From a virus, in IMG/VR virus record IMGVR_UViG_3300031413_000624: 64,000 nt of DNA; one strand, given 5' to 3'. The notes below the pieces were generated by a model. It saw only the letters and a list, made by a program, of their open reading frames with translations. It was not told the DNA's origin and searched no databases. Every line of letters starts with the position of its first letter. The first letter of the stretch is position 1. The translations under genes and the position numbers were made by a program. Positions 9,580-19,457 of this stretch are shown piece by piece.

Positions 9580-10023
9580 ATGATCCTTATGGCTGATCTA
9601 ACCACGTCGAAATATTCTCGTTTTGTTCTCCCTGCTGTCGCTGAGAACATTGAGAAGCTTCTGAATCTCCGGTTTACTGATGAAGACGAGGATGAGTATT
9701 CTCTCGCTGATATGGCTGACCCTGTGAAAGCATCAGGGCATTGCTACGATTCAGCATTGCTAGTTCAGCAATCAGGTCTTGTATTTAACGATGGTCCTAC
9801 TGGTGAGATTCTGAGGGTCATTCCTGAGGGAGAAAATGACCCTGACGGTTGGTGGCATGCAGCGTTCTCTGTGCCAGACCATATCGGGGAGGATATTGTG
9901 TATGATTTCACTATGCGCCAGTTCCACCCTGACCTCCCGTTCCCCTATGTAGGGTTCGCTGACCAGTGGGCTAGCACTATTGAAAAATACGCAGGTCGTG
10001 GCCCTGTTGAGTTTCTTTGGTAG
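9580..10023 (+). CDS. hypothetical protein
   Basis: ORF. Confidence 0.45.
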   Translation: MILMADLTTSKYSRFVLPAVAENIEKLLNLRFTDEDEDEYSLADMADPVKASGHCYDSALLVQQSGLVFNDGPTGEILRVIPEGENDPDGWWHAAFSVPDHIGEDIVYDFTMRQFHPDLPFPYVGFADQWASTIEKYAGRGPVEFLW

Positions 10024-10056
10024 TATTACGAATGATTAAGAAAGAAGTGAATAATA

Positions 10057-10521
10057 ATGGTTGAAACACCTGTCCTCAAACTGGGTAACGAATTTGATGT
10101 ACGTGATTTACAGAAGAAGGTGGCTGAGCTGCGTACAATTATGGTTGAAAGCGTTGAGACTCCTGATGATGTTCGTTTACAGTTGCTGATTCTGAATGCT
10201 GGGTTGGAAAACTTCTTAGAAGGCGAATACGCCGCGGAAGAACCTTCCCGTGACCGTGATGAGGAAATTCGGTTTGCAGATGAAATCAGTGCAGGCTTTG
10301 CTGCTGTGGGAGATAACTATGATGTGAAGTTCATTCACTCATCTATGGTAGAAGAGGTTCTCCAAGAGCAGGCTGCATCTATGGGTTTCTTGGATTCTCT
10401 TCCAGATGTTATTGCGGATGCCATTGACTGGGATAAAGTTGCTGATGTTGCAGCAGCCTCCGAGGATGTTCAGGAAATGTTCATTGATACAGAAGTGTAC
10501 ATTTGTAACCTGTACCTGTGA
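10057..10521 (+). CDS. acidic hypothetical protein
   Basis: ORF. Confidence 0.45.
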   Translation: MVETPVLKLGNEFDVRDLQKKVAELRTIMVESVETPDDVRLQLLILNAGLENFLEGEYAAEEPSRDRDEEIRFADEISAGFAAVGDNYDVKFIHSSMVEEVLQEQAASMGFLDSLPDVIADAIDWDKVADVAAASEDVQEMFIDTEVYICNLYL

Positions 10522-10525
10522 TAAT

Positions 10526-10535
10526 CCGATAGAAT
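10526..10535 (+). promoter_or_regulatory. CCGATAGAAT -10-like promoter element (leaderless rnhA)
   Basis: TAGAAT at 10530-10535, ATG at 10542 (6-nt gap). Confidence 0.45.
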
Positions 10536-10541
10536 TCTCTC

Positions 10542-11066
10542 ATGAGCAACAAATTAGTTATCGCCTGTGATGGTTCGTGTTTGAAGAACCCTGGCGGTGA
10601 AATTGGATGGGCTTGGGCTGACAATAAAGGTCGTTGGCAATCTAACGGTGCAGCCACTGGTTCTAACCAGAAAGCTGAGCTGTTAGGTTTACTGTCAGTC
10701 TTCTATGCTTTCCCAAATACTAGCATGCATATCCAACTGGATTCTCAGTATGTGTTGAATATCGCAACTAAATGGATGTTCACATGGAAGAAAAACGGTT
10801 GGTATCGTGATGCTGAGAAAACGCAGGTTGTGAGTAACCTCAACTATGTCCAAGCTATCTATGAGGCGCTTCGTGTTCGGAAGCAGAAGAAGCTTGTCAC
10901 TACGTTTGAATGGGTCAAAGGCCACGCTTCAAACGGTTTGAACAACATAGCTGACAAGGAAGCCCAGGCTGCTGCTCGCCGTATAAAAGCAAGTAAACCA
11001 GGGTATGCGGACTCTGCAAAGAACACTTCCTCAGAACGCCAAAACAGAATGCTTGAATCCTTGTGA
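10542..11066 (+). CDS. rnhA: ribonuclease H (RNase HI family)
   Basis: IACDGSCLKNPGG... RNase H catalytic N-terminus; DEDD-type fold motifs. Confidence 0.8.
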   Translation: MSNKLVIACDGSCLKNPGGEIGWAWADNKGRWQSNGAATGSNQKAELLGLLSVFYAFPNTSMHIQLDSQYVLNIATKWMFTWKKNGWYRDAEKTQVVSNLNYVQAIYEALRVRKQKKLVTTFEWVKGHASNGLNNIADKEAQAAARRIKASKPGYADSAKNTSSERQNRMLESL

Positions 11067-11860
11067 ATTCTACAATCGTATCCTACAACATTCAAATCCC
11101 AGCAGCAAAAGAGGAGCTACATCCTTGGGCTGGGAGAAAGCATGAAGTGCTGGAATGCTTACCTCTTCTTGGCGACCTCATAGGTTTACAAGAAGTAGAT
11201 TACAATACTTCACAAGGACGTGAAGTATCTGAACGTCTCGCGGAGGCTGGATTTAGTAGTTTTCAACCAGGATACGGTGATTCAGAGTACACGGATGAGT
11301 ACCATACTCGTATTCCTGTGTTTTGGAAGAAAGAGCATTTCAAACTGATTCGCCAGGAAGTGCGAATGCTGACAACAGGAACAGTTGAGCAGCAAAAGTT
11401 GCTACCAAACATTGAAGCTCGGTATACTACATATGTACAGCTTGAATGCAAAGGGACACCGTTGCATTTCTTCAACCTGCATCAACAGCATGTCCCTATG
11501 GAGCTGTCCGATCAGAAACTTATTACAGGGTATCAAGCTGTCCAAAGTGCAGGGCTTCAATCCTTACATGACTTCATTCGGGAACTCAATCCAAATGGGG
11601 ATAGAACATTCGTTGTTGGTGACTTCAACGCTACTGATCCTCATGTGAATGGTTATCAAGACGCTTACCGTGTTGCACAGCATACTGAGCATTCAGAATA
11701 CAACAGCTACCATGGATATCAACCAAGCGGCGGCAGCGAAGGCGGGTACATCATCGACCATGTGCTTACAAACCTCACTCAGGCGAACGTGTTGAATGCT
11801 GAGACACTTATACAAGAAAGAGGCAGTGACCACTACCCGATAAGAGTCACCGTTACCTGA
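11063..11860 (+). CDS. endonuclease/exonuclease/phosphatase (EEP) family protein
   Basis: C-terminal SDHYPIRV motif typical of the EEP fold; ATGA overlap with rnhA. Confidence 0.7.
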   Translation: MNSTIVSYNIQIPAAKEELHPWAGRKHEVLECLPLLGDLIGLQEVDYNTSQGREVSERLAEAGFSSFQPGYGDSEYTDEYHTRIPVFWKKEHFKLIRQEVRMLTTGTVEQQKLLPNIEARYTTYVQLECKGTPLHFFNLHQQHVPMELSDQKLITGYQAVQSAGLQSLHDFIRELNPNGDRTFVVGDFNATDPHVNGYQDAYRVAQHTEHSEYNSYHGYQPSGGSEGGYIIDHVLTNLTQANVLNAETLIQERGSDHYPIRVTVT

Positions 11861-11905
11861 AAATATGGTAGGCTTACTCGTTCAACTTACCTTTGTATTG
11901 GAATC

Positions 11906-12601
11906 ATGAGAATCGTCGTCGCATCCTGCTCTGTCATCTACACCGGCCGTGGAGATACTAAACTCCCGCAAGCCGTGCGAGCTATCATCCTCAAAGATGA
12001 CGGATGTATCTCAATCCATAATGATAAGAGCAACAAGCCGCTGAATTACATGGGTAAAGGCAACGTTCACACTGAAACAAAGAACGGTGAAATTACGATG
12101 TGGACATTTGACACTCGTAAAGAGAGTCTACAAATTACCATGCATGAAGTTCTCTCAGACACCAGCTTTGAGATTGACTTGAATGACGCTGGTTTGATCC
12201 GTGACGGCACAGAAAAGCATTTGCAGGCATGGTTGGCAGAACACCCTGAAAGCCTCGGAGAAGGCTTTACATTCGTTGCCCGTGAGCATCAGACAGGTGC
12301 AGGGCCTGTGGACTTACTGCTTGCTGACAAAGATGACAACCTTATCGCTGTTGAAGTGAAACGAATTGCAATGACAGCTTCCGTAGACCAGATTCGTCGT
12401 TATGTTGAAGCGTTGCAGCAGGACGGTATGGAGAATGTCCGTGGAATGATTGCAGCTTTGGATGTTCGTCCAAATACAGTCAAAATGGCTGAAAGACGCG
12501 GCATTGACTGGGCTATTATCCCAACCTACTGGCGTGAAACTGCCTTCATTAATGAAGAAGCAGAATCCGACGAATCAGATTCTGCTTCTTCCGACGAGTA
12601 A
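11906..12601 (+). CDS. nucS: NucS/EndoMS-like endonuclease
   Basis: RIVVASCSVIYTGRGDT N-terminal domain and GPVDLLLAD...AVEVKR RecB-like nuclease motif; 231 aa. Confidence 0.7.
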   Translation: MRIVVASCSVIYTGRGDTKLPQAVRAIILKDDGCISIHNDKSNKPLNYMGKGNVHTETKNGEITMWTFDTRKESLQITMHEVLSDTSFEIDLNDAGLIRDGTEKHLQAWLAEHPESLGEGFTFVAREHQTGAGPVDLLLADKDDNLIAVEVKRIAMTASVDQIRRYVEALQQDGMENVRGMIAALDVRPNTVKMAERRGIDWAIIPTYWRETAFINEEAESDESDSASSDE

Positions 12602-12602
12602 A

Positions 12603-13187
12603 TTACATCGTATTGTCAGGATTCTTTAAATCTTGAGGAGCTACCTTGTATGCATACTCGCTGTTCGCTGATAGGTAGTAGACATACTCTACGTTTTTGT
12701 CTTTCGGATCAGTGACAAGAATGTAATGCCTGCGAGCATCCACATCAAGGTAGCCTGCGGTATCCATGATTTCTTTAGCCTCAGTGTCAGTAAGATTTAG
12801 GTATTCATAATGCTTGTGGAACCAGTTCAGATAGTTGTTCTGAACAGCTTCCACTCGCATCTGAGGCTGCACGAAAGCAATTTGCGTGAAGCTAACAACT
12901 GCGCCAACAACTAAAAGGGCGGCTCCACCAAAAGAAATCAGCGCAGGGATACGACGAAACGCAGGTAGAGCTAACCCGAGAATGAGCAGAGCCAGTGGAA
13001 TGGCGAAAAGCCAGTAGTTGAAATCCTCTAAACCTGTCGGATTGGATGGTACATGCCAACCATTGAGGTCAGAGAGTTTGATTTCGTTGTTCATAACGTG
13101 TAGGATTCCTTTTGTGTTTCTGTTCGCAACTTGACCATTGAACTTTCCTATGGTACCCTGTTTTAGTAAATGAGTAAGGAAAATCAT
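12603..13187 (-). CDS. membrane protein (194 aa)
   Basis: ORF with two TM segments. Confidence 0.4.
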   Translation of the reverse strand: MIFLTHLLKQGTIGKFNGQVANRNTKGILHVMNNEIKLSDLNGWHVPSNPTGLEDFNYWLFAIPLALLILGLALPAFRRIPALISFGGAALLVVGAVVSFTQIAFVQPQMRVEAVQNNYLNWFHKHYEYLNLTDTEAKEIMDTAGYLDVDARRHYILVTDPKDKNVEYVYYLSANSEYAYKVAPQDLKNPDNTM

Positions 13188-14088
13188 GTCTCAGCATATT
13201 AAAGTGTTACGCGGTGTTCAGGGTTCTGGTAAATCAACTGAAGCCTTGAAGTGGGTTCGTCAGGACCCTCTGAATCGCGCCCGCGTGAACCGAGATGACA
13301 TCCGTTTGACTAACTTCGGCTCATATGACCTTCCTCAGGAGTTGGAGTATGCTGTTACGAAGATTGAACATCAGCTGATTCGTACACTGTTGAAGGCGAA
13401 GAAGAGCGTTGTTGTTGACAACGTGAACTTGCGTGCAAAGTACGTGAAAGAGTACTTGCTGATTGCTGATGAGTTCAATGTTCCTGTTCTGTATCAGGAT
13501 TTTCCTGTGGAGCTGGAAGTTGCATTAGCTCGTAATGCTGCTCGTGAGCGTAAGGTGCCTGAGGATGTTATTGTCAAGACTCATAAGCGATACATCCAGA
13601 GAGGTAAGTTCCCTGAGTTCCCTCAGCTGAATTACGACATGTCTGGGCTGTACGTTCCCGATGAGACCCTCCCGAAGGCTATCCTGTTGGATGTTGATGG
13701 CACGGCTATGAAGATTGGCAAGCACCGCGGCCCTTATGATTTCGATAAGGTCATTGATGATGAGCCGAACTTCCCTGTCATTACCACTGTGCAGTCCCTT
13801 GTCGCACATGAAGGCTATAAGGTGATTGTCATGTCAGGTCGTGATGAGATTTGCAAGCAAGATACTCTATTCTCTTTGGAAGTTGCAGGTGTTCCTGTTG
13901 ATGAAATCTACATGCGTCCTCAGGGTGACCGCCGCCCTGATACTGTTATCAAGCGTGAGCTGTTTGATGCGAATGTTCGCAACCGTTTTAACGTGTTGTT
14001 CGCACTTGATGACAGAGATGTTGTGATTGACATGTATAGAAAAGACTTGGGCTTGACTGTTTTCCAGGTTGATTACGGGAACTTCTAA
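13186..14088 (+). CDS. polynucleotide 5'-kinase/3'-phosphatase (Pnkp paralog A)
   Basis: P-loop GVQGSGKST in the N-terminal kinase half; HAD phosphatase motif LLDVDGT in the C-terminal half. Confidence 0.8.
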   Translation: MSQHIKVLRGVQGSGKSTEALKWVRQDPLNRARVNRDDIRLTNFGSYDLPQELEYAVTKIEHQLIRTLLKAKKSVVVDNVNLRAKYVKEYLLIADEFNVPVLYQDFPVELEVALARNAARERKVPEDVIVKTHKRYIQRGKFPEFPQLNYDMSGLYVPDETLPKAILLDVDGTAMKIGKHRGPYDFDKVIDDEPNFPVITTVQSLVAHEGYKVIVMSGRDEICKQDTLFSLEVAGVPVDEIYMRPQGDRRPDTVIKRELFDANVRNRFNVLFALDDRDVVIDMYRKDLGLTVFQVDYGNF

Positions 14089-14099
14089 ATCAGTACAGA

Positions 14100-14158
14100 T
14101 AATGCCAGCATAGGAGACGTTTGACTTTCGTCAGATTGTCTGTTATGCTGGCATTATC
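14100..14158. repeat. 15-bp inverted repeat with 32-nt spacer
   Basis: gataatgccagcata ... tatgctggcattatc downstream of pnkp. Confidence 0.4.
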
Positions 14159-14178
14159 AATTAAACGCAACTATGTGA

Positions 14179-14394
14179 ATGGATGAAGGTTTCATGCCTG
14201 GAATGATGGCTTCCAACAAGAACCGTGCTGTTAACCACGTTGATGGCGCTATGTTCGATGATGGTTTCTGGCAGCACCGCCGCTTCAAGGGTAAGCGCAA
14301 GGCTGGCGCTCCTACTGGTAGTCGTGGTTGGCGACGTGTTCTCCGCGCCAAGGAGAAGGCCGCTACTCGTCGTGACATCGCTGACAACAGCTGA
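14179..14394 (+). CDS. small basic protein (71 aa), uncertain
   Basis: ORF on the dominant strand; overlapping alternative frames. Confidence 0.2.
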   Translation: MDEGFMPGMMASNKNRAVNHVDGAMFDDGFWQHRRFKGKRKAGAPTGSRGWRRVLRAKEKAATRRDIADNS

Positions 14395-14522
14395 TTTCAA
14401 AATACCTTATTTTCCCTGGTCAGAATGGGTTTAAGTACTCCATTTTATTGTAAAATGTCAGTACTTCATGATACAATTATGTAGTAACAAACACACAAAC
14501 AGACAACGTTGGAGATAGTATT

Positions 14523-15407
14523 ATGAGTTTAGGTTTTCGTTCTGAGGTGCATTACGATGCAAAGAAAGATACAACCTTCCTGACATCAGATTCGCCTGAT
14601 TTCAGCAGTCAGCTGAGGGTTGATTTCACTCGCGGTTCAGAGCAGGACGCAGGTGTCCGTTCGTTTCTTGAAGACCAGGGTGAGGTTTCCTTTATCCGTG
14701 ACACAGTGCGACTCAGCACTATTGGTCGCGCAGGTCAGTTTGGTGTGCTGGGTGACGGTACTGAGTCGGATTCCACCACTGATACAATCAAGAATCTTTT
14801 CCTCGTGGGGAAAGAAGGTTCAGGTATTATGAACCTTGTCCGTAACTATCTTCTGCGTGCGCTTGTAAACCAGGCAAATGTCTACGCTGTCAATGCTCCT
14901 GGTGACTTTTACGGAGCAAAAGAGTACTTTGACATGGATGAAGATGTCATTCTCATCAACTCTGATACACAGACTAACTGGACTGATATCAAAGAATGGA
15001 TTGAAGCTGACCTGGAAGATAATGAAGAGGTGCTGATTCTGGTTCGTCAGAACAAGCATTGGGACAGGCTTTCGTCGGAAGCTCAGACATTCTTCAGTAC
15101 TCTGGAAAGTCACCCTAACCTCCGCATTCTGACGTTCTCAACTGAGGTTGATTACAGTATTTTGTCAGATGAAAATGTAGGCGACCAGTTCTGGTTTATT
15201 GGTTCAGGCGTTTTCTTGGAAGAGCGTGTTGTAGGTTTCATTGGAAGCGTTGAGGAGTACATTGCTAAGTACCTCATGCGTGACCGCACTGATATTCCCC
15301 ATGAGAATTCACGAGGAGTATTGTGGTTGAGCCGCGCCGATGATGATTACGAACGTATTGTTACGTACATGGTTCCTCGCACGATGTGGACTGTGGCTAT
15401 TCAGTAA
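14523..15407 (+). CDS. hypothetical protein (294 aa)
   Basis: ORF. Confidence 0.5.
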   Translation: MSLGFRSEVHYDAKKDTTFLTSDSPDFSSQLRVDFTRGSEQDAGVRSFLEDQGEVSFIRDTVRLSTIGRAGQFGVLGDGTESDSTTDTIKNLFLVGKEGSGIMNLVRNYLLRALVNQANVYAVNAPGDFYGAKEYFDMDEDVILINSDTQTNWTDIKEWIEADLEDNEEVLILVRQNKHWDRLSSEAQTFFSTLESHPNLRILTFSTEVDYSILSDENVGDQFWFIGSGVFLEERVVGFIGSVEEYIAKYLMRDRTDIPHENSRGVLWLSRADDDYERIVTYMVPRTMWTVAIQ

Positions 15408-16074
15408 TTGAAGCAAGGCGTTGAAGGAGTTCAGGTTTGTTCACATTTGTGAAACCTGAACTCCTTTGCGTTTCCCAGATATGATTCAGCTTTTCTACCA
15501 CTGTTGCAGTTGGAATATGGGTTTTATTCAGAAGAAGGTAATTCGTGTTGGCGCTTCGACCTTCTCCACCAAGTCCTGCTTTACCCGCATTTCGCCCTGT
15601 TCGCTGTACAAAGAAATCCGGGTGAGTGGTGCAAAACTGGAACCCTTTTGCGATGGTTATAGATGCAACAGAGCGAACAATTTCCTGATATGACCATAGC
15701 TGAAAAATTCGCTTATCATACTGCCATGTTTGAGTAAGATGCAGTTGCGGATGGACTTTCCCTAATAGCGAAGGGCGGTCAAAAGCTAACGGTAGGAGGA
15801 AAGCTACTGCATCAGCGAAACTGGCAGCATGTCTAAAATACTTGATCGTTGTATGGTGATGTGGAAGCTTTGGTGGTTCACCTAACACCAACGTTTTCAT
15901 TACTCCTCTTTCCCAGGAGCTTCGGAGAAAATCAAGGGGTTCAGGTACCCAGATTGTAGCACCTGGGAACAAAGGAGTAACTGGGCTAATGTCAATAATG
16001 CGATCGTAGTCTGCAATGTGAATACGACTGAGACCTTCTGCTGGGTCCCATTGCTCAATGGGTTGTGGGTTCAT
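15397..16074 (-). CDS. hypothetical protein
   Basis: Start moved to the internal Met with AAGGA RBS. Confidence 0.4.
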   Translation of the reverse strand: MNPQPIEQWDPAEGLSRIHIADYDRIIDISPVTPLFPGATIWVPEPLDFLRSSWERGVMKTLVLGEPPKLPHHHTTIKYFRHAASFADAVAFLLPLAFDRPSLLGKVHPQLHLTQTWQYDKRIFQLWSYQEIVRSVASITIAKGFQFCTTHPDFFVQRTGRNAGKAGLGGEGRSANTNYLLLNKTHIPTATVVEKLNHIWETQRSSGFTNVNKPELLQRLASITE

Positions 16075-16132
16075 CGTTTCGTATCCTTTTTCACATGCGT
16101 TTCGTAACTTCTTCTTCGTTAGATATATCAGC

Positions 16133-17371
16133 ATGACTACCACTCGTAAACCACCTTATTTGCATGCTGACGGTTCAAATTGTTGGACAAAGCATTGCTC
16201 CCGCCGCACCAAGGAAAGCAATGATCGTGCTTCCTTCTTCAAGCAGGTTGAAAAGACCCCAGCTGCGAAGCTTCCTACCAACCTTCCTCCACTGTCAGCG
16301 TTCCAGAAAGCTCACGCTGAGGGCCGTATTGAGAAGTCTGAACACCCAAATTACCCTTACGTGACCTACAAATACGCGCGTACTACGCAGTTCGCTTCTG
16401 ACTGGGATGATGTCACACTTGCTTCTCGTGGAATCATCTTTAACAAGGAAACCGGAGAAGTTGTTGCACGTCCATTTGCAAAGTTCTTCAACTACAATGA
16501 ACCTTCCGTGCCTACTGATAAACTTCATGGTCGTGTGAGCGTCACTGACAAACTTGACGGTTCATTAGGTATTGGTTACGTTGATGAGGACGGTAAGTTC
16601 AACATTGCTACTTCTGGTAGCTTTATCTCTGAACAGTCTAAACATGCTACTCGCATATACCAAGAGAAGTACGAAGGTAAATGGAATCCAAATCCAAACA
16701 TGACATACATGTGGGAAATTATTTACCCTGAGAACCGTGTTGTTGTCAACTATGGTGATGAGGATGACTTACACCTTATTGGTGCTGTCAATAAGCGCAC
16801 GGGTAAGAGCGTCCCATTAGGTGATATCAAAGAGTGGAAGTGGAAGCGTGCAGAAGAGTACAAAAACATTTCTTCTCTTGACTCTGTGCTTGCCACTCCT
16901 GACCGTGAGAACCGTGAAGGTTTCATTGTCCACTACATTGATACTGACACTCGCGTAAAGTACAAGCATGAGCAGTACTTGAACATTCACCGTGTTGCTA
17001 CTGGTGTTACTTCTAAGACTATCTGGCGTAAGATGTCTTTGGGTGAAGATATGGACAGCTGGAAGAGTGGAATTCCTGAGGAGTTCACTGACTTCATTTC
17101 TGAACGTCAGAACAAAATCCGCGCAAACTACGATAATGAAGTCAGCAAAGTTGTTGCTGACCACGCAAAGTTCAAAGCTTCTATGCCTGCTTCATATGAA
17201 CGTAAAGACTTCGCTGTTACATTGAAGAATTCTTCTGTAGTTCCAGCTGAGAATAAACCATTCATCATGAATTATGAATTCAACGGTAAAGTAGCAACAA
17301 ACGAGGTGCAAGCTCGTAAAATTTGGGAGCGCATCAAGCCTACCGATGAGGATACTTTCTGGAACATGTAA
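16133..17371 (+). CDS. RNA ligase family protein (paralog B) with N-terminal Cys-His motif
   Basis: KLDGS motif I; paralog of 4990..6120. Start MTTTRK.. chosen by analogy with MTTTRE.. of the 38971 gene; NCWTKHC motif. Confidence 0.65.
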   Translation: MTTTRKPPYLHADGSNCWTKHCSRRTKESNDRASFFKQVEKTPAAKLPTNLPPLSAFQKAHAEGRIEKSEHPNYPYVTYKYARTTQFASDWDDVTLASRGIIFNKETGEVVARPFAKFFNYNEPSVPTDKLHGRVSVTDKLDGSLGIGYVDEDGKFNIATSGSFISEQSKHATRIYQEKYEGKWNPNPNMTYMWEIIYPENRVVVNYGDEDDLHLIGAVNKRTGKSVPLGDIKEWKWKRAEEYKNISSLDSVLATPDRENREGFIVHYIDTDTRVKYKHEQYLNIHRVATGVTSKTIWRKMSLGEDMDSWKSGIPEEFTDFISERQNKIRANYDNEVSKVVADHAKFKASMPASYERKDFAVTLKNSSVVPAENKPFIMNYEFNGKVATNEVQARKIWERIKPTDEDTFWNM

Positions 17372-17372
17372 A

Positions 17373-17657
17373 TCATCGGTGAAGTAGGTAGTACGCTGCT
17401 AAAACGATAATTCCAATAGCATTCAAAGACATCAGCCCGTATCCAATGTATTTCGCTGGACGGGCTGATGTCTTTTGGTATGACCAGCTGGATAGCGTTA
17501 TGAGAAGAGCCATCAGGAAGCCCGCTCCGCTGATGATCCATTCCTGGGTAGAGAATCCTACAATGGTGAAGAAAAGAAGCGCATCAGCGTAGAGGAAGCT
17601 TACCCAGTATAAGGTTCTGTCAGGTTTGACTGTTTCTACTTCCTTTACTGTATTCAT
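17373..17657 (-). CDS. small membrane protein, uncertain
   Basis: ORF with TM helices; contains an internal hairpin at 17427-17475. Confidence 0.3.
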   Translation of the reverse strand: MNTVKEVETVKPDRTLYWVSFLYADALLFFTIVGFSTQEWIISGAGFLMALLITLSSWSYQKTSARPAKYIGYGLMSLNAIGIIVLAAYYLLHR

Positions 17658-17695
17658 GTAAGTATTAATCGGCTAATTTTGAAAAAGGGGTCAAT

Positions 17696-17716
17696 TTATC
17701 GTCGTTATGACGATAA
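17696..17716. promoter_or_regulatory. palindromic operator-like site TTATCGTC-N5-GACGATAA
   Basis: Perfect 8-bp arms; a TAGAAT hexamer 7 nt downstream (17723-17728); start of the NAD operon. Confidence 0.45.
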
Positions 17717-17763
17717 ACATGTTAGAATATCCTCAGAAGATAATAACAAAGGACACCTTCCTC

Positions 17764-18717
17764 ATGAAAGTATACAACGACACAGTTGTAATGACTGACT
17801 CCCTGATCCGCATGCTTGATGGATATCGCGCTGAACGAGGTTTTAACGCCTCAGAATGGGTTGAGCGTAAAGTTGCTCTCATCAACGCTTACTTCGCGCA
17901 GAGCGGCCTGTCAGGGGCTGTTGTAGGGGTTTCAGGAGGTATTGACTCCGCTGTTGCTCTTTCTCTTGTCGTGAAAGCATCACAGGTGGAAGACAGTCCA
18001 ATCAAGAAGATTGTTCCGATTCTTCTCCCCGCATTTTCCTACACAGGAGCTACCCGTCAGAACGAAGCTACAAACCGAGCAGAAAGCCTGTGCACAAAAC
18101 TTGGACTCGAAGCAGTCATCTTCCATCAGCTCACACCAATGGCTGAAATGATGAATGCAGAATTAGAGAACGTTTTGGGAATTCGGGCAACCCCTTGGGC
18201 TAAAGGCCAGTTAGTTGCATACACCCGAACCCCAATCCTGTACAGCACCTGCTCCATTCTCACGGACGCAGGATATCCAGCCTTAGTCATTGGAACTACA
18301 AATCTGTCAGAAGGTGGATACTTAGGTTATGTCGGTAAAGCCGCTGATGGCATGGTTGACTTACAGGTAGTGAGTGACTTGTACAAATCAGAAGTGTACC
18401 AAGTTGCGGAACTGCTAGAAGTACCAAACCTCATTATGAAAGCAACGCCAACAGGAGACATGTTTGACGGTCGGGATGACGAAACAGTGTTCGGAGCTTC
18501 CTACGACTTCGTGGAACTCTATCACCTCTGGCTGCAAAATGGCTCCGACCCTGAACTTCTGAAAGATGAAACATTCGCAGCAGGAGCGGCGAACCTTGAA
18601 AAGATGCACGCTTACAATGGTCATAAATATCTGTACGGTACACCATCAGTTCATTTGGATATCCTTCGTGCAGACATTCCTGGTGGTTGGAATAACAAAG
18701 CTTGGAGCGCTAAATAA
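17764..18717 (+). CDS. PP-loop ATP pyrophosphatase (NadE-like)
   Basis: SGGIDSAV PP-loop motif; AAAGGA RBS before 17764. Confidence 0.6.
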   Translation: MKVYNDTVVMTDSLIRMLDGYRAERGFNASEWVERKVALINAYFAQSGLSGAVVGVSGGIDSAVALSLVVKASQVEDSPIKKIVPILLPAFSYTGATRQNEATNRAESLCTKLGLEAVIFHQLTPMAEMMNAELENVLGIRATPWAKGQLVAYTRTPILYSTCSILTDAGYPALVIGTTNLSEGGYLGYVGKAADGMVDLQVVSDLYKSEVYQVAELLEVPNLIMKATPTGDMFDGRDDETVFGASYDFVELYHLWLQNGSDPELLKDETFAAGAANLEKMHAYNGHKYLYGTPSVHLDILRADIPGGWNNKAWSAK

Positions 18718-19457
18718 TGGCGACCAAATTTGTCAACCAAATTGACTTCACTATTCCAGCTATCCAACATGAAGTTGAAGTGGAGCCACTTCCTGAGTTA
18801 GACCGTTCAGCAGTGGTTATCCCTAACCTTATCCCAAGCAAAGAACGAGTTCATATCCTCCAAGAACTCAGTAAAGCGAACTGGCAGCCAGTATCCATCA
18901 CTGGAATGTCAGGTAACTGGAAGCCAGGGGATGAAATTGGGTCTTACCGAGCCTCAAACTACACACCAGAATACGCCACTGTATTATGGGACAGAATCAA
19001 ACACGCTTTCCCAACGGTTCGAGTGTTCAATCAGGAAGACAATACTGATTTTGATGACCATGAACTCTGGGAACCTGTTGGAGTTTCTCCACTGCTTCGT
19101 TTCATCAAATACGAAGATGGAGGCTGGCTTGTTGTTCACTATGACGCTCCATATGTTGAAGATGAGGACACTAGGACACTACAAAGCTTTGTTATCTACT
19201 TAGAACAGAGTCCCACGATTGCAGGTGGAGCAACTCGATACCTGCGAGACCCGCAAGCAGGGATTCCTATTGCTCAACGTATTTTAGATGACCAGAAACG
19301 TGCAGCAACCGAGGATGAAGTCCGGCTTCGTTTCACCCCTGAAAATGGAACAGGTGTCATCTTTGACCACAGACTTCTTCACGATGCTGCGCTCGTTCAG
19401 GGCGAAGGTCACAAAATTATTATCCGTACCGACATTATGTACAGGAAAGTCCGATGA
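18717..19457 (+). CDS. 2OG-Fe(II) oxygenase superfamily protein
   Basis: HYDAP (HxD) ... DHRLLH facial-triad arrangement; start/stop overlap with neighbours. Confidence 0.5.
   Translation: MATKFVNQIDFTIPAIQHEVEVEPLPELDRSAVVIPNLIPSKERVHILQELSKANWQPVSITGMSGNWKPGDEIGSYRASNYTPEYATVLWDRIKHAFPTVRVFNQEDNTDFDDHELWEPVGVSPLLRFIKYEDGGWLVVHYDAPYVEDEDTRTLQSFVIYLEQSPTIAGGATRYLRDPQAGIPIAQRILDDQKRAATEDEVRLRFTPENGTGVIFDHRLLHDAALVQGEGHKIIIRTDIMYRKVR

Noticed and set aside
17427-17475. Intrinsic terminator (agacatcagcccgt / acgggctgatgtct)
   Set aside because: Lies inside the 3' end of the predicted minus-strand ORF 17373..17657 and has a 19-nt loop. Ambiguous between a terminator for the RNA ligase B gene and a mis-called small ORF. 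Not reported as a feature.
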